Of a stretch of DNA of 64,000 nucleotides, positions 10,244-19,841 are shown piece after piece. Both the position numbers and the translations under genes were made by a program. The notes beneath the pieces were generated by a model. It saw only the letters and a list, made by a program, of their open reading frames with translations, did no database searches and was not told where the DNA came from. How positions within the stretch are numbered: the stretch's first letter is position 1; each line of letters begins with the position of its first letter. The DNA comes from an uncultured virus (IMG/VR IMGVR_UViG_3300025759_000001). Its lineage: Duplodnaviria > Heunggongvirae > Uroviricota > Caudoviricetes > Crassvirales. The stretch lies in IMG/VR virus record IMGVR_UViG_3300025759_000001. One strand, 5' to 3'.

Positions 10244-11206
10244 TTATTGTACCCAGATTAAAGAGCCTTCATCTCGTGCTGAAAATCCAAACACATCAGA
10301 ACTAATAGTATCTTGATTTGGTCCTTCGTGCGTGAATAAGCTAGCATTCAATTGTTCTCTAGTTATAATATCTAACTCTGATATAGCTATTCCATTTAGT
10401 TTAAATACACCTACATTTGTAGATGATATATCATCTATTCTAATAGCATCAATAAGATCCGCTTCTGGATCATTATATGGAGCCGTTAGTCCGGAAGTAA
10501 ACATAGCTAAGGTAAGTATAGTTACCTCTCTATTGTCAGAGTAAATTGTGTTATCACCTATTGTAGCAGGCTGATTACTTGCAACAATAACCTCAATTGC
10601 CATTTGTACCGTATTAGATTGTAAAGGATTTTGGTTGTCATCATACACGGCATAGTTAAAGTTAGTGCTATAACCAAGAGTTGAATTTCTTGTATAAACT
10701 AAACTTCCTATTGATTCTTTTGGTATAACTTGATTAGTAGTAACATCTATTGAGTTGTAAGTTAACGTACCATTAGCTGGTAGTGTTTTAATAACTACAT
10801 CTCCAATGCCATCTCCATCAGCATCAGAAAATGAATTAGTAAAATCACCTATAACAAATACACTATAAGTGTTATCATCGGCACCAACAGTAACTGATCC
10901 TACTGTTATTGTAGGAGCAGTATTGTTACTAGTATCTGGTATAGATACATCTGGATTATCCTCTGGGAAGAATCCTGATCCAACAGCATTATGAACATTG
11001 ACACAGATATCTGGATCCATTTGTTGCAATAAGCTAACAAGTCTATCTAACTTCTGTAATGTATCATAATCCCCAGCATAACAAGCATACTTATAAATCA
11101 TTTTTAATAGGCTGATATTTTCTATGCTTCCTGTTCCGTAATACTTAAACCTTTTATCAGTTCTAGCAACAGATGACAAGAATACGTTTGCATTGTTTGG
11201 CGTCAT
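10244..11206 (-). CDS. Tail-hub-like N-terminal domain fused to two cadherin/Ig-like repeats
   Basis: Helical N-terminal ~80 aa, then repeats FSDADGD and YNDPEAD like those in 9453..10199; likely start MTPNN at 11206 (track start 11227). Confidence 0.55.
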   Translation of the reverse strand: MTPNNANVFLSSVARTDKRFKYYGTGSIENISLLKMIYKYACYAGDYDTLQKLDRLVSLLQQMDPDICVNVHNAVGSGFFPEDNPDVSIPDTSNNTAPTITVGSVTVGADDNTYSVFVIGDFTNSFSDADGDGIGDVVIKTLPANGTLTYNSIDVTTNQVIPKESIGSLVYTRNSTLGYSTNFNYAVYDDNQNPLQSNTVQMAIEVIVASNQPATIGDNTIYSDNREVTILTLAMFTSGLTAPYNDPEADLIDAIRIDDISSTNVGVFKLNGIAISELDIITREQLNASLFTHEGPNQDTISSDVFGFSARDEGSLIWVQ

Positions 11207-11208
11207 GT

Positions 11209-11781
11209 TTATGATGTTAAAATACAATCAATCACTCCAACTGAAACTATACTGCCGGCAGATGATACCACTGGGTCAATATTGTCACAAGAATCACATG
11301 ATGTTGATGTATATAGATTTATTCTTTGTAAGTATGTTATTGCGTCTTGGAATCTTCCAAGTATTAAAGCCTGTCTCATTGCTTCAACATATAGGTCTAA
11401 TAGCAATGCGTTCTGAAAGTTTGTATTACAACTTAAGCATGATAAGTCTACGTTAGCTAGTAATGTTGCCATAACGGCATAGTATTTAGCCAATGGAGCA
11501 GTAGCTACTATAACAGCTAATGGATCATCACTTGTGATTTCTGCAATATAAATACCCTCAAAAGTACTAACACCTACGTCAGCAGCTGTAATAGTAAATG
11601 TCTCTGTATTTGTTGCTCCCGCTAATAGAGAGCTTAAGTCCACGCCAGTAGTTGGACTCTTATATGTTGCCTCTGTCCATAGAGTGACCCCTGTGAATAG
11701 TTGACCAGCACCAACTTCTAAATCAACATCAATTGTTAATTTGTCATTAGATACTATAAATGTTTTAACTGTTATTGCCAT
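11209..11781 (-). CDS. Putative tail hub protein (crAss family)
   Basis: 190 aa; beta-rich N-terminus then CLSC...FQNALLL helical part; follows the auxiliary capsid gene. Confidence 0.55.
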   Translation of the reverse strand: MAITVKTFIVSNDKLTIDVDLEVGAGQLFTGVTLWTEATYKSPTTGVDLSSLLAGATNTETFTITAADVGVSTFEGIYIAEITSDDPLAVIVATAPLAKYYAVMATLLANVDLSCLSCNTNFQNALLLDLYVEAMRQALILGRFQDAITYLQRINLYTSTSCDSCDNIDPVVSSAGSIVSVGVIDCILTS

Positions 11782-11794
11782 TTTATTTTGAAGT

Positions 11795-11834
11795 AAAAAA
11801 AAAGAGGTAAAGAGATTAACTCCTTACCCCTCTT
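11795..11834 (-). terminator. Rho-independent terminator after the capsid operon
   Basis: Minus strand AAGAGGGGTAAGGAG-TTAAT-CTCTTTACCTCTT followed by a T-run. Confidence 0.7.
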
Positions 11835-11857
11835 GGTTATTAAATTTATTTTGATTC

Positions 11858-12826
11858 TTAGATTACTGCTAGAGCATCTAAAGTACCAGCTCCTAATGCT
11901 GTATTCAATTCTGCAATAAGCAAATTGATTGCTGCATTTCCAGCTAAATTTGTAAAAGGCATAGCAATAGTAATTTGTTTATTACTTTTCTTCGCTTCGT
12001 CTCTTCCTTCATCATAGTAAGCTAACTCGATAAGATTGTAAGTTCCCGCAGGATTAATCTCGTAAGAGTTCTCTAAGTTATGTGGATATCCTGCCTCGCG
12101 GTAGAAATCATTTCTTTCACCTTTCAAGTACCACTCCATAGAAGCTACTGTTTTACCAGAACCAATTCCTTGAGTTGAAGATACAACTGTTTTGGTTGGT
12201 AATACTGTTGACTTCATATCTGCTGAAAAATCAATATTTACTCTTTCTTTCTTACCTACTACGTAGTTTAAGATTTGATCTTTTTCAGTGATAACTAAAG
12301 CAGCAGTAGTTGTTGATCCAGTTTTAGTGAATGCGAAAGAAGGGTTTGATGTTGCAGTTGCTCCAACTTCACGAGAGAAATTACGATTCAATGAAGTAAT
12401 AAGTCCGTCTACGACAGCTTCTTGATCATCTCCTGTAACTACTTTGTAAAAAGCTTTCTTTACATACTCATCTTCCGGAGAATAAGAACCAAATCCTTTG
12501 ATTACTATTTCTACCGTTACTAATTCACCTACCGTTGGTGCAGCTAATGCACTAAATGTTACAGATCCTAAAATTGGAGCCGTATAAGCAACAGATTTTG
12601 CATATACTAAATTACTTGCTTTAATACTGTCAGAAGCAACTAGGTTACCAGCCGCATTAAGATTAAATATTTTAACAGGTTCTCCAGCAGCAGCTACTGT
12701 TCCGTCAGCTGATAAGCAGGCTAAATCTCCTACTGTACCACCCTTTAAGGCTGTAATTGTTGCGTGTCCAGGAAAGTCTAATCCTGGATAAAATTGTCTA
12801 ACTTGGTTTTGACCAGCTAATCCCAT
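11858..12826 (-). CDS. Auxiliary capsid (decoration) protein, crAss family
   Basis: N-terminal QNQVRQFY and GSGKTVASMEWYLKGERNDFYR motifs; three genes downstream of the MCP. Confidence 0.7.
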   Translation of the reverse strand: MGLAGQNQVRQFYPGLDFPGHATITALKGGTVGDLACLSADGTVAAAGEPVKIFNLNAAGNLVASDSIKASNLVYAKSVAYTAPILGSVTFSALAAPTVGELVTVEIVIKGFGSYSPEDEYVKKAFYKVVTGDDQEAVVDGLITSLNRNFSREVGATATSNPSFAFTKTGSTTTAALVITEKDQILNYVVGKKERVNIDFSADMKSTVLPTKTVVSSTQGIGSGKTVASMEWYLKGERNDFYREAGYPHNLENSYEINPAGTYNLIELAYYDEGRDEAKKSNKQITIAMPFTNLAGNAAINLLIAELNTALGAGTLDALAVI

Positions 12827-12846
12827 AATGTTTAATTGTTTTTAAT

Positions 12847-13587
12847 TTATACTCTATTATTTGTTTCTATTCTAGCTTTAAGCGTGTTTTCTCTATAATC
12901 TCTTACAGCTAATTCTACCGCTCTGTTAACTATCTCTCTGTGAAGATACGAATTTAATTCCGAACCTGCAACTGCTGTGAGACCATTTATTGTTAAACCT
13001 AATCCTCCAACTTGTGTATCAGTAGTTAAATCACTGACTATGATTGGATTAGGGTACTTAACATATCTTAAATTATATTGACTTAATAATTCAGATGATA
13101 CTAATTCTACTACTTTTGAGCTTCCTACCTTTGAAATATCAAGTCTAAACACTTTATTAGCATTAGGCTTTCTAAATGGATTTTTATAACTTACCATGAA
13201 CTCATCATGAGTAATAGGCTTAACTGTTATAATTTTTCCATTCAAGCACGAATCTGTACTTGAAATTGTAGCAGTCTCTGCAATGATAAACATAATATCA
13301 CTTGGTACTATAAAGAACTTTGAGTCTGCAACTAATCCTTTTGATGTAGTAGCAAGATCAACTGATTTGCTATCTATTACAAGTTCATTTAGAGCTCGTC
13401 TGTTTCTTTCTGTATCTTCGAAACTTTGCCTAGAATTATTATTACCGCTATATAACCCCTTAACTAACTCTTCTTGAGATGTGGTTAAGTACACCGATCT
13501 TTCATAATTGTCAAGACCTGGTGCACCTTCCCCTAGTATGTTGTTATATCCTAAATCAAATTCTGAGATAAACTCTGGTGTTGTCAT
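12847..13587 (-). CDS. Tail ring protein (crAss family)
   Basis: FDLGYNNI...APGLDNYERSVYLT and LHREIVNRAVELA motifs; position in the capsid module. Confidence 0.75.
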   Translation of the reverse strand: MTTPEFISEFDLGYNNILGEGAPGLDNYERSVYLTTSQEELVKGLYSGNNNSRQSFEDTERNRRALNELVIDSKSVDLATTSKGLVADSKFFIVPSDIMFIIAETATISSTDSCLNGKIITVKPITHDEFMVSYKNPFRKPNANKVFRLDISKVGSSKVVELVSSELLSQYNLRYVKYPNPIIVSDLTTDTQVGGLGLTINGLTAVAGSELNSYLHREIVNRAVELAVRDYRENTLKARIETNNRV

Positions 13588-13594
13588 TTAGTTG

Positions 13595-14497
13595 TTACTC
13601 TTTAGTATTCTTTAATTTTGCTTCTAAAGTCAACCTCATCTCTTGTCCTAATGGACTTGATAAATACGCTGATGCCACTTCTAACGTTGGCGTATCACCC
13701 TCTGAGATTGGCTCTCCATCTTTAGTATAAAACTTTTTGTCTTTATTATCAATTACATTGTACTCATGACACTCTTCTAAAAGAACCTTAGTTCCAATGT
13801 ATTTGTCATTTGTAATTGCCACAAACAAGTTAGCGTCTTTTTCAATCATCTTTGCAGCTTCTATCTGCAAGAAGTCAATCTTTTGACTTTTACTAGTATA
13901 TCTACCTAGGTTTCTTAAAATATATCTTAACACTGGCTTGTTGTTCTTAAATTCAACATACTTTTCGAATGCTAATACTTTATTTCCAACTGCAGCTTTA
14001 TCTTTTAAAGTTTGCTCACCTTCTGCAACTAATACAAATCTGTATGTAGCTTTGTTTCTGATTTCATCTAATCCACCAGCAACTAGAGGGCTAATCTTTA
14101 AAACTTTATATTTAATATAATCATATGGATCAGATAAGTCTAATACTAAATCCTGCTTACCTAAATAAATAGGAAAAATTCCATTACCCTTTCCTCCTTC
14201 TTTCCAGAATTCAGAATATATTGATAGATTCTCTCCGCCTAAGGCAAATTCTAATCCATTTTTCTCTTTATCGGTTAAGATGTTTTTCATCTTTTTATTA
14301 TCTAATGTTGGAGCAGGAATTGCTATTTCTGTTCCGTTAAATAATCCACCGTACCCAACATGCTTTGGGTCTTTAATATTAGCATTTGTCTTTAACAAAT
14401 ACTTAACAGTTACTGTTTCGTTCTTTAAAAAATCTGTCATTGGAACTTCGTCCTTAACAACATTCTCTGATACCTTTACTTTTGCTTTTACAGCCAT
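13595..14497 (-). CDS. Conserved crAss capsid-module protein (gene immediately after MCP)
   Basis: LDLSDPYDYIKYKVL motif; gene order. Confidence 0.7.
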   Translation of the reverse strand: MAVKAKVKVSENVVKDEVPMTDFLKNETVTVKYLLKTNANIKDPKHVGYGGLFNGTEIAIPAPTLDNKKMKNILTDKEKNGLEFALGGENLSIYSEFWKEGGKGNGIFPIYLGKQDLVLDLSDPYDYIKYKVLKISPLVAGGLDEIRNKATYRFVLVAEGEQTLKDKAAVGNKVLAFEKYVEFKNNKPVLRYILRNLGRYTSKSQKIDFLQIEAAKMIEKDANLFVAITNDKYIGTKVLLEECHEYNVIDNKDKKFYTKDGEPISEGDTPTLEVASAYLSSPLGQEMRLTLEAKLKNTKE

Positions 14498-14596
14498 GTT
14501 TTCCTAATTTTTAATATAAATAATTCTTCCTTTTGCCTCCTTATGACATTGTGGATTTGGTAAAGCCCAATATTCCACTAAAGCTTTTAGGATTAA

Positions 14597-14618
14597 TCCC
14601 CTACCCGAGAGTAGGGGA
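14597..14618 (-). terminator. Stem-loop after the MCP gene (terminator/attenuator or stabiliser)
   Basis: TCCCCTAC/GTAGGGGA 8-bp inverted repeat; weak T-tail. Confidence 0.5.
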
Positions 14619-14631
14619 ACACCTATTTTTA

Positions 14632-16131
14632 TTATGCTAATACGTATGGTATAAGCTGAGCAGTACGAGTTGGGTCATAAACCACAACACCTAACTGACA
14701 GAATTTAGTAATAGTACCTGCATCCTCTAAAGTTCCCATGTTACCGTTGTTTACAGCACCAGTGAAAGGATTTCTGAAGCCCCATTGGTAGCCTCTGATT
14801 TCTTCTTTACCTTTTACCTTAACACATTGGATGTTTGGCTCTTCTGGAGTACCGATGTAAAATATATCGAATCTATAAGATTCAGCTACACCATTACTTC
14901 CTGGGATACGTATAGTGTTACGTACTTTGTCATCGTAGAAATCATCTACTTCTAACTTAACAGTTACACCATTTGGCGCCATGTATTCTGTGAACTGGAA
15001 TCCTGCACTCATTGCGTTACTATGTAACTCAGAGTTAGTACTCTTGATAGTTGACGGATTAGTTCCCGGTGTAGACATATGAGCAGCCCATCCTGAAGTT
15101 GTCTGTAAGACAGCTTTGTGGAATTCAGCAGCACCTCTTTCACCAGTACGTAAGATAAACACACGTTGATCAAATCCTAATTTACCTTCAGACAATCCAA
15201 AAAGGATTTCTTCTAACATCTCGATAGAGAAGTCATTATAGTAGTAAGTATTTGATTGCTCCATTTGTTCTCGGATACCAGATCCAATTTTGATAGATCT
15301 TCCAGATACATCTTTGTTGTGGTATTCACCATCAGCAGTTCTGTTAGACTTACCATAAAGCAAGTATTTGTTTTTGTACATTGAGAATTCTTGCTCAACC
15401 AACCAGTCTTCGTAAAGAGCTAATGTTGGGAAAACTTTCTTTTCTCCAGACTTAGTAAGTACAGGAATACCCATAGCTACTTTTTTACCTGTTGCATCAC
15501 CTGGTAATTTGTGGTCGATACGAATAGTAGTAAGCTCACCTCTCATTGAAACTGGAGTTACTCTACGAACACCACCAACTTCTCTAGAAAGTCCTTTTCC
15601 AACTGGAGCGAACTCTTCGTTGAATCTTTTACCTGATACTAATTCTTCACCTGGAATACCATCTCTGCTTGATCCTGCAGTCTCACATGTGTAGACATAA
15701 AGACTACCTTCTGCTTGACCATCATCAATCACACGGATTGGATATACCTCATTTTTCTCACCAACGATGATTTCTCCTTTGAAGAACCATTGCTCAGGGA
15801 ATGCCAACTCAAAAGTTGTTCCACCTTCACCAATGTTTGAATCACCACTTGTTACAGTTGCACCTTTATAGCGTGCCTCGAATAATGGGATATTTCTACG
15901 AGAACTACCTATAAGTTCCCAATAGAATTCATTATCGTTTTCTACATACTTTGTCTCAAACATGTTCAGCATATTCTCCAAAGACTTACCTCTGTGAATT
16001 GCCAAAAGTTTGATCATTGCGTCGTTAATCTTTTGAGGAGATGCTTTCCAAATAGCACCTAAAGTGTTTTCTGGATTAATCATTCCTGCAAAAGCCTTTG
16101 CGTCAGTTACCTGAAATCTACCTAATTGCAT
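14632..16131 (-). CDS. Major capsid protein (crAss-type HK97 fold)
   Basis: 499 aa; FYWELIGSSRRNIPL, IKIGSGIREQME, TGERGAAEFHKA, SAGFQFTEYMAPNG, AESYRFDIF motifs typical of crAss-like MCPs. Confidence 0.92.
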   Translation of the reverse strand: MQLGRFQVTDAKAFAGMINPENTLGAIWKASPQKINDAMIKLLAIHRGKSLENMLNMFETKYVENDNEFYWELIGSSRRNIPLFEARYKGATVTSGDSNIGEGGTTFELAFPEQWFFKGEIIVGEKNEVYPIRVIDDGQAEGSLYVYTCETAGSSRDGIPGEELVSGKRFNEEFAPVGKGLSREVGGVRRVTPVSMRGELTTIRIDHKLPGDATGKKVAMGIPVLTKSGEKKVFPTLALYEDWLVEQEFSMYKNKYLLYGKSNRTADGEYHNKDVSGRSIKIGSGIREQMEQSNTYYYNDFSIEMLEEILFGLSEGKLGFDQRVFILRTGERGAAEFHKAVLQTTSGWAAHMSTPGTNPSTIKSTNSELHSNAMSAGFQFTEYMAPNGVTVKLEVDDFYDDKVRNTIRIPGSNGVAESYRFDIFYIGTPEEPNIQCVKVKGKEEIRGYQWGFRNPFTGAVNNGNMGTLEDAGTITKFCQLGVVVYDPTRTAQLIPYVLA

Positions 16132-16157
16132 TTATTAATTGTTTAAAAAAGTTGTTA

Positions 16158-17252
16158 CTATTCTATTTGTAAATCTTTAAGATCAGCTAATGTAAAAGTT
16201 CCATTGTCATCTGGCATATCAGTATTGATACGTCCATTTTCAGTGAAATCAGCTCCTCTTAAGAGAGATTCAATATTTTTAGAGATGTCTGTTTCTTTAG
16301 CATTACCAAATACTGAGAAATCAGTTAATCCCTTTGTTATAAAGAATATTGCTTCTAACTTAATTCTGGATCCGATAGGATCTTCCTTTTGAGATTTTAT
16401 AAAAGCATTTTCTTTATTCCCTAAGTCAGTAGTCATTTGTTTATATAACTCATCTTTCTGTTCTTGTGTGAGTTTAATTCCTGGGACTACCTCTTCAGTT
16501 TTTTCAAGATGAGATTTGATATCATTTATTGAGTCATTCTCGTCATCTTTAGCTGATTGAATTGCATCAGCTATTTTCTTTTCTTCTATTCCAATGATAC
16601 TAGTAAGTGCTAATTTAGCATCCTCTACATCACTGCCTGCATCAATACTTCTCTGAGCCATAATTTCAGCCCTTTCTTTATTGTAACCTCTGCTTAAGAA
16701 ATCTTGAGCAATAACTCCTTTACGGAATTCTAGGTTTGCATCTGAAGAGATATACTCTTCTGAAACAGATTTAAGCTTCGAAACAACATTAAGTTGCTTT
16801 GAAACTGCACTGGCATCTAGGCCAGCTTCTGAAGCTTCTTTGATTGTTCTCTGTGTGTCAGTCAATCTAGAATCTACTTCTTTTTGAATTGCAGAATTAA
16901 GATCATCTAAGGTCTTAATTTCTGATGTATCTTCAAGTCCAGGTAAAACTCCGCTAGTTTTGAATTGGGTAGCTAGGTTTGAATAAAGCTGTTCAGTATC
17001 ATTCGGTTTAGGAGAGGAAGAATTGCTTCCGTCATCATTACCGGGTGTTTTACCTCCCTGAACTTGTTTGTCTTTTCCCGCAGCTACGCTCTCTTGGCTT
17101 ACGCCATCACTATTGGGTTTAATTTTTTCTTCTTTAGTTCCACCGGCATTGCCTAGGTTCTCTAAATCTTTGTCACTTGCTTTGAACGTTTCGAATAGTC
17201 CGTCTGTACCATTCTCGTCAAAAGCAAGATCATCTAATGTTAATCCTTCCAT
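16158..17252 (-). CDS. Acidic conserved protein upstream of MCP (putative scaffold)
   Basis: 364 aa, D/E-rich disordered N-terminus, coiled-coil body; conserved crAss position. Confidence 0.65.
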   Translation of the reverse strand: MEGLTLDDLAFDENGTDGLFETFKASDKDLENLGNAGGTKEEKIKPNSDGVSQESVAAGKDKQVQGGKTPGNDDGSNSSSPKPNDTEQLYSNLATQFKTSGVLPGLEDTSEIKTLDDLNSAIQKEVDSRLTDTQRTIKEASEAGLDASAVSKQLNVVSKLKSVSEEYISSDANLEFRKGVIAQDFLSRGYNKERAEIMAQRSIDAGSDVEDAKLALTSIIGIEEKKIADAIQSAKDDENDSINDIKSHLEKTEEVVPGIKLTQEQKDELYKQMTTDLGNKENAFIKSQKEDPIGSRIKLEAIFFITKGLTDFSVFGNAKETDISKNIESLLRGADFTENGRINTDMPDDNGTFTLADLKDLQIE

Positions 17253-17282
17253 GTTTTATATATAATATATTCTCCTTGCATA

Positions 17283-17330
17283 CGAAAATACGGAATGAAA
17301 TCACTATATTCTAGTACGCATTATAGCTAA
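17283..17330 (-). promoter_or_regulatory. Bipartite late promoter candidate for the scaffold-MCP operon
   Basis: TTAGCTATAATG, then 28 nt, then TATTTTCG on the minus strand; same architecture at three other sites. Confidence 0.55.
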
Positions 17331-17337
17331 AATGTAA

Positions 17338-17964
17338 CTATTTAAATATAGTAAAAGACTTTTTAAAGCCAACATACTTGTTTCCTTGCGTATCTATACC
17401 TCCTGACCATATATCTCCACCTTGTCCTTGAAATCCTAAATCAAGCTTTAGCGCTGGCGTACCAGATCCTATTGGTGGTAATACTGCCTCTAATCCAAGT
17501 AGAACAGTCATCTTAGGTCTTATATGCATTACCTCTGGTGTATACGTAAATTCCTTATCTTTTATATTGTAATCAATCTTATATGCTAATAGAGTTCCTC
17601 TAGTCTTAGCATATAGGTCAACCTTAATAGTATCATTGTCAATTGCAATCTCATTATACTCTTTAATTCTAATAGACTCTAAGAATAGATTCTTAGCAGT
17701 TAAATCATCATTGTCTTCAATAGCTCTCTCATAAGCTTCCTTATACGAGTTATCAACTACTATTTCTTTCTTTCCAGGCAAGTACACTTTAACCTCTTTT
17801 ATAACCTCAACAGTATCTATTTGTACTAATCCTGAGGTTCCTGAGGAACCTGGAATAGTAATTGTAATAGGATCTGGAATAACTTCAGGCCTAGTATGTA
17901 GGTAGATCATTACTCCTGAAAACACTAAAAGTATTAGTATTGTGTAGTTCTTGATTTTATCCAT
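17338..17964 (-). CDS. Membrane-anchored protein, possible spanin-like lysis accessory
   Basis: N-terminal TM helix, DTVEVIKEVKVY, amphipathic beta C-terminus ending in aromatic residues. Confidence 0.45.
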   Translation of the reverse strand: MDKIKNYTILILLVFSGVMIYLHTRPEVIPDPITITIPGSSGTSGLVQIDTVEVIKEVKVYLPGKKEIVVDNSYKEAYERAIEDNDDLTAKNLFLESIRIKEYNEIAIDNDTIKVDLYAKTRGTLLAYKIDYNIKDKEFTYTPEVMHIRPKMTVLLGLEAVLPPIGSGTPALKLDLGFQGQGGDIWSGGIDTQGNKYVGFKKSFTIFK

Positions 17965-19832
17965 TATAATTTTAAATTTGCTTGCTCTGCATTATCACTT
18001 GCTTTCTTACCGTAAGCTAATGATTCATCTTTTTCTGCTGTCGTCCAAACTGTACTTCCACCTCCAGAAGAAAGATTGCTAACTACAGTAGTTCCTACAC
18101 TGTTATCTGTCAATACTCCGTTACCATCTATTGTGAAGCCACCTGCTGTACAAGAAGCTGCTAATTCTAATCTTGCACCTATAATGTGCAATTGGTCATC
18201 TTCAATGTCTGTTTTGTTTGTTAACAAAATATTACCTGTACAATCTCTTAAAGATAAACCCTTCCCATTTGCATTGAGTGTTATCTGTGGATCGTCTGGA
18301 GCAATAAAGCTACAGTTATCAAACAGTGTTCCTGCACCTGTACTCTTTTGTATTATTCCTGCACTGTTATTAATAATGCAATCTTTAATCCTTCCTTCTA
18401 CTTCTGTAAAGCCACCAAGACCTGTTGTTCCTAGTATACAGTTACTAATTCTAGACAGCCCATTAAGAGCCCCTGTCAAGATTAAATTCATGAAAGCAGA
18501 TTGATCTGTACTAGCTCCAGCTAACACCAATACATTTGAGCTACCTGTGCCTCCATGTATCATTGTTTTATCTAAATTGTGAGCTGCAGTTGCTGTAAAG
18601 AATCCTAGCATTTCAATTCCATGTAAACCATTATTAAGTTCAATTGCTAAAGCATCTGATAAATTGTTTACTGGGAATCCTTGAGTTCCTTTTGGGAATT
18701 CAGTTCCTGTTATTGTTGAAGTTGAATCTAGAAATACAAATCCATTTGTAAATAAAGTTCTGTTTAGATTTTTTGAATCTAACATCTCTTCATTAATGGT
18801 TGCACCTGCTGATTCATTTGTCAACTTACCAACACCTCTTAAGGTTATTGCACCTGCTGTTATGGTATTTGTTAACTTTACCTGCCCTGATATTAAATCT
18901 ACACTGACAGCTTCTGTTCCTGCCTTGTTAGTTAGTTCTATACCACCACTATAGTTTCTCATTATCAATCCAGATCCAGTTCCATTAAAATCAATTGTAG
19001 GGGTTTCTTCTCCTGCAAGTCCACTATAGCAATCAATTATATTTGTATTTCCTGATCCGTCAAGAGTTAAAGTTCCACCCAATATAGATTTCTCAATAAG
19101 TCCTGAAACTATTGATACGTCTAACAACTTACAGTGAGAAATAGTAGTAGATCCATCCATAGAACCCTGTAGTGTACAGTTACTAAAGGCAGAGTCAGCT
19201 ACATTGGCTCCAGGATTTACTGTCATAGTGCTAGATTCTTCGTGCTCTCCATGAATGTCAAAGTGGCTCATATCATCTCCAGTATCAAAAGTAATATCTC
19301 CAATAACATGAATACTCGTAATACCTCTAAACCCTGCTATCAACAATGCATCTGTAGTATTATTCACAGGTGCTTGTGCAGTTCCTTTTGGAAATGTTGT
19401 ACCAGTAATGCCAGAAGTGACATCAATTGTTACAGCTCCATTAAAAGATGAGTACTCAATTGCTGAATTAGATATAAGACCTGCAGCATTTGCAGACCTT
19501 ACTGATACTTGATTTACATTAACGTTGTCACCAACATTAGAGTTTGCACCAACCAAATTAACAGCATATTGTCCATCTTCAAAAGTTATAGTATAACCAT
19601 TTATTATTTCAAGTACTCTCGCATACACAATACCACCAAGTAATACTTCAGTGTTATGTGAGTGTGTATCTATAAATGCCATTCCCTCAATATCATCTTC
19701 TAGATCTTTTAGCTCCAGTCTAAATGAATTAAGATTCAGTTCTCTAACCTCAACAGGAACAGACTGTAATAAAGTCATGTCAGCTCTTGGTACGCTTATA
19801 ATTTTGTTAGCCCAATCTATTGTGGTAGCCAT
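17964..19832 (-). CDS. Structural protein with duplicated beta-helix-like region (tail spike/fibre)
   Basis: Internal duplication GTTFPKGTAQAPVNNTTDAL / GTEFPKGTQGFPVNNLSDAL. Confidence 0.55.
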   Translation of the reverse strand: MATTIDWANKIISVPRADMTLLQSVPVEVRELNLNSFRLELKDLEDDIEGMAFIDTHSHNTEVLLGGIVYARVLEIINGYTITFEDGQYAVNLVGANSNVGDNVNVNQVSVRSANAAGLISNSAIEYSSFNGAVTIDVTSGITGTTFPKGTAQAPVNNTTDALLIAGFRGITSIHVIGDITFDTGDDMSHFDIHGEHEESSTMTVNPGANVADSAFSNCTLQGSMDGSTTISHCKLLDVSIVSGLIEKSILGGTLTLDGSGNTNIIDCYSGLAGEETPTIDFNGTGSGLIMRNYSGGIELTNKAGTEAVSVDLISGQVKLTNTITAGAITLRGVGKLTNESAGATINEEMLDSKNLNRTLFTNGFVFLDSTSTITGTEFPKGTQGFPVNNLSDALAIELNNGLHGIEMLGFFTATAAHNLDKTMIHGGTGSSNVLVLAGASTDQSAFMNLILTGALNGLSRISNCILGTTGLGGFTEVEGRIKDCIINNSAGIIQKSTGAGTLFDNCSFIAPDDPQITLNANGKGLSLRDCTGNILLTNKTDIEDDQLHIIGARLELAASCTAGGFTIDGNGVLTDNSVGTTVVSNLSSGGGSTVWTTAEKDESLAYGKKASDNAEQANLKL

Positions 19833-19841
19833 ATATCTTTA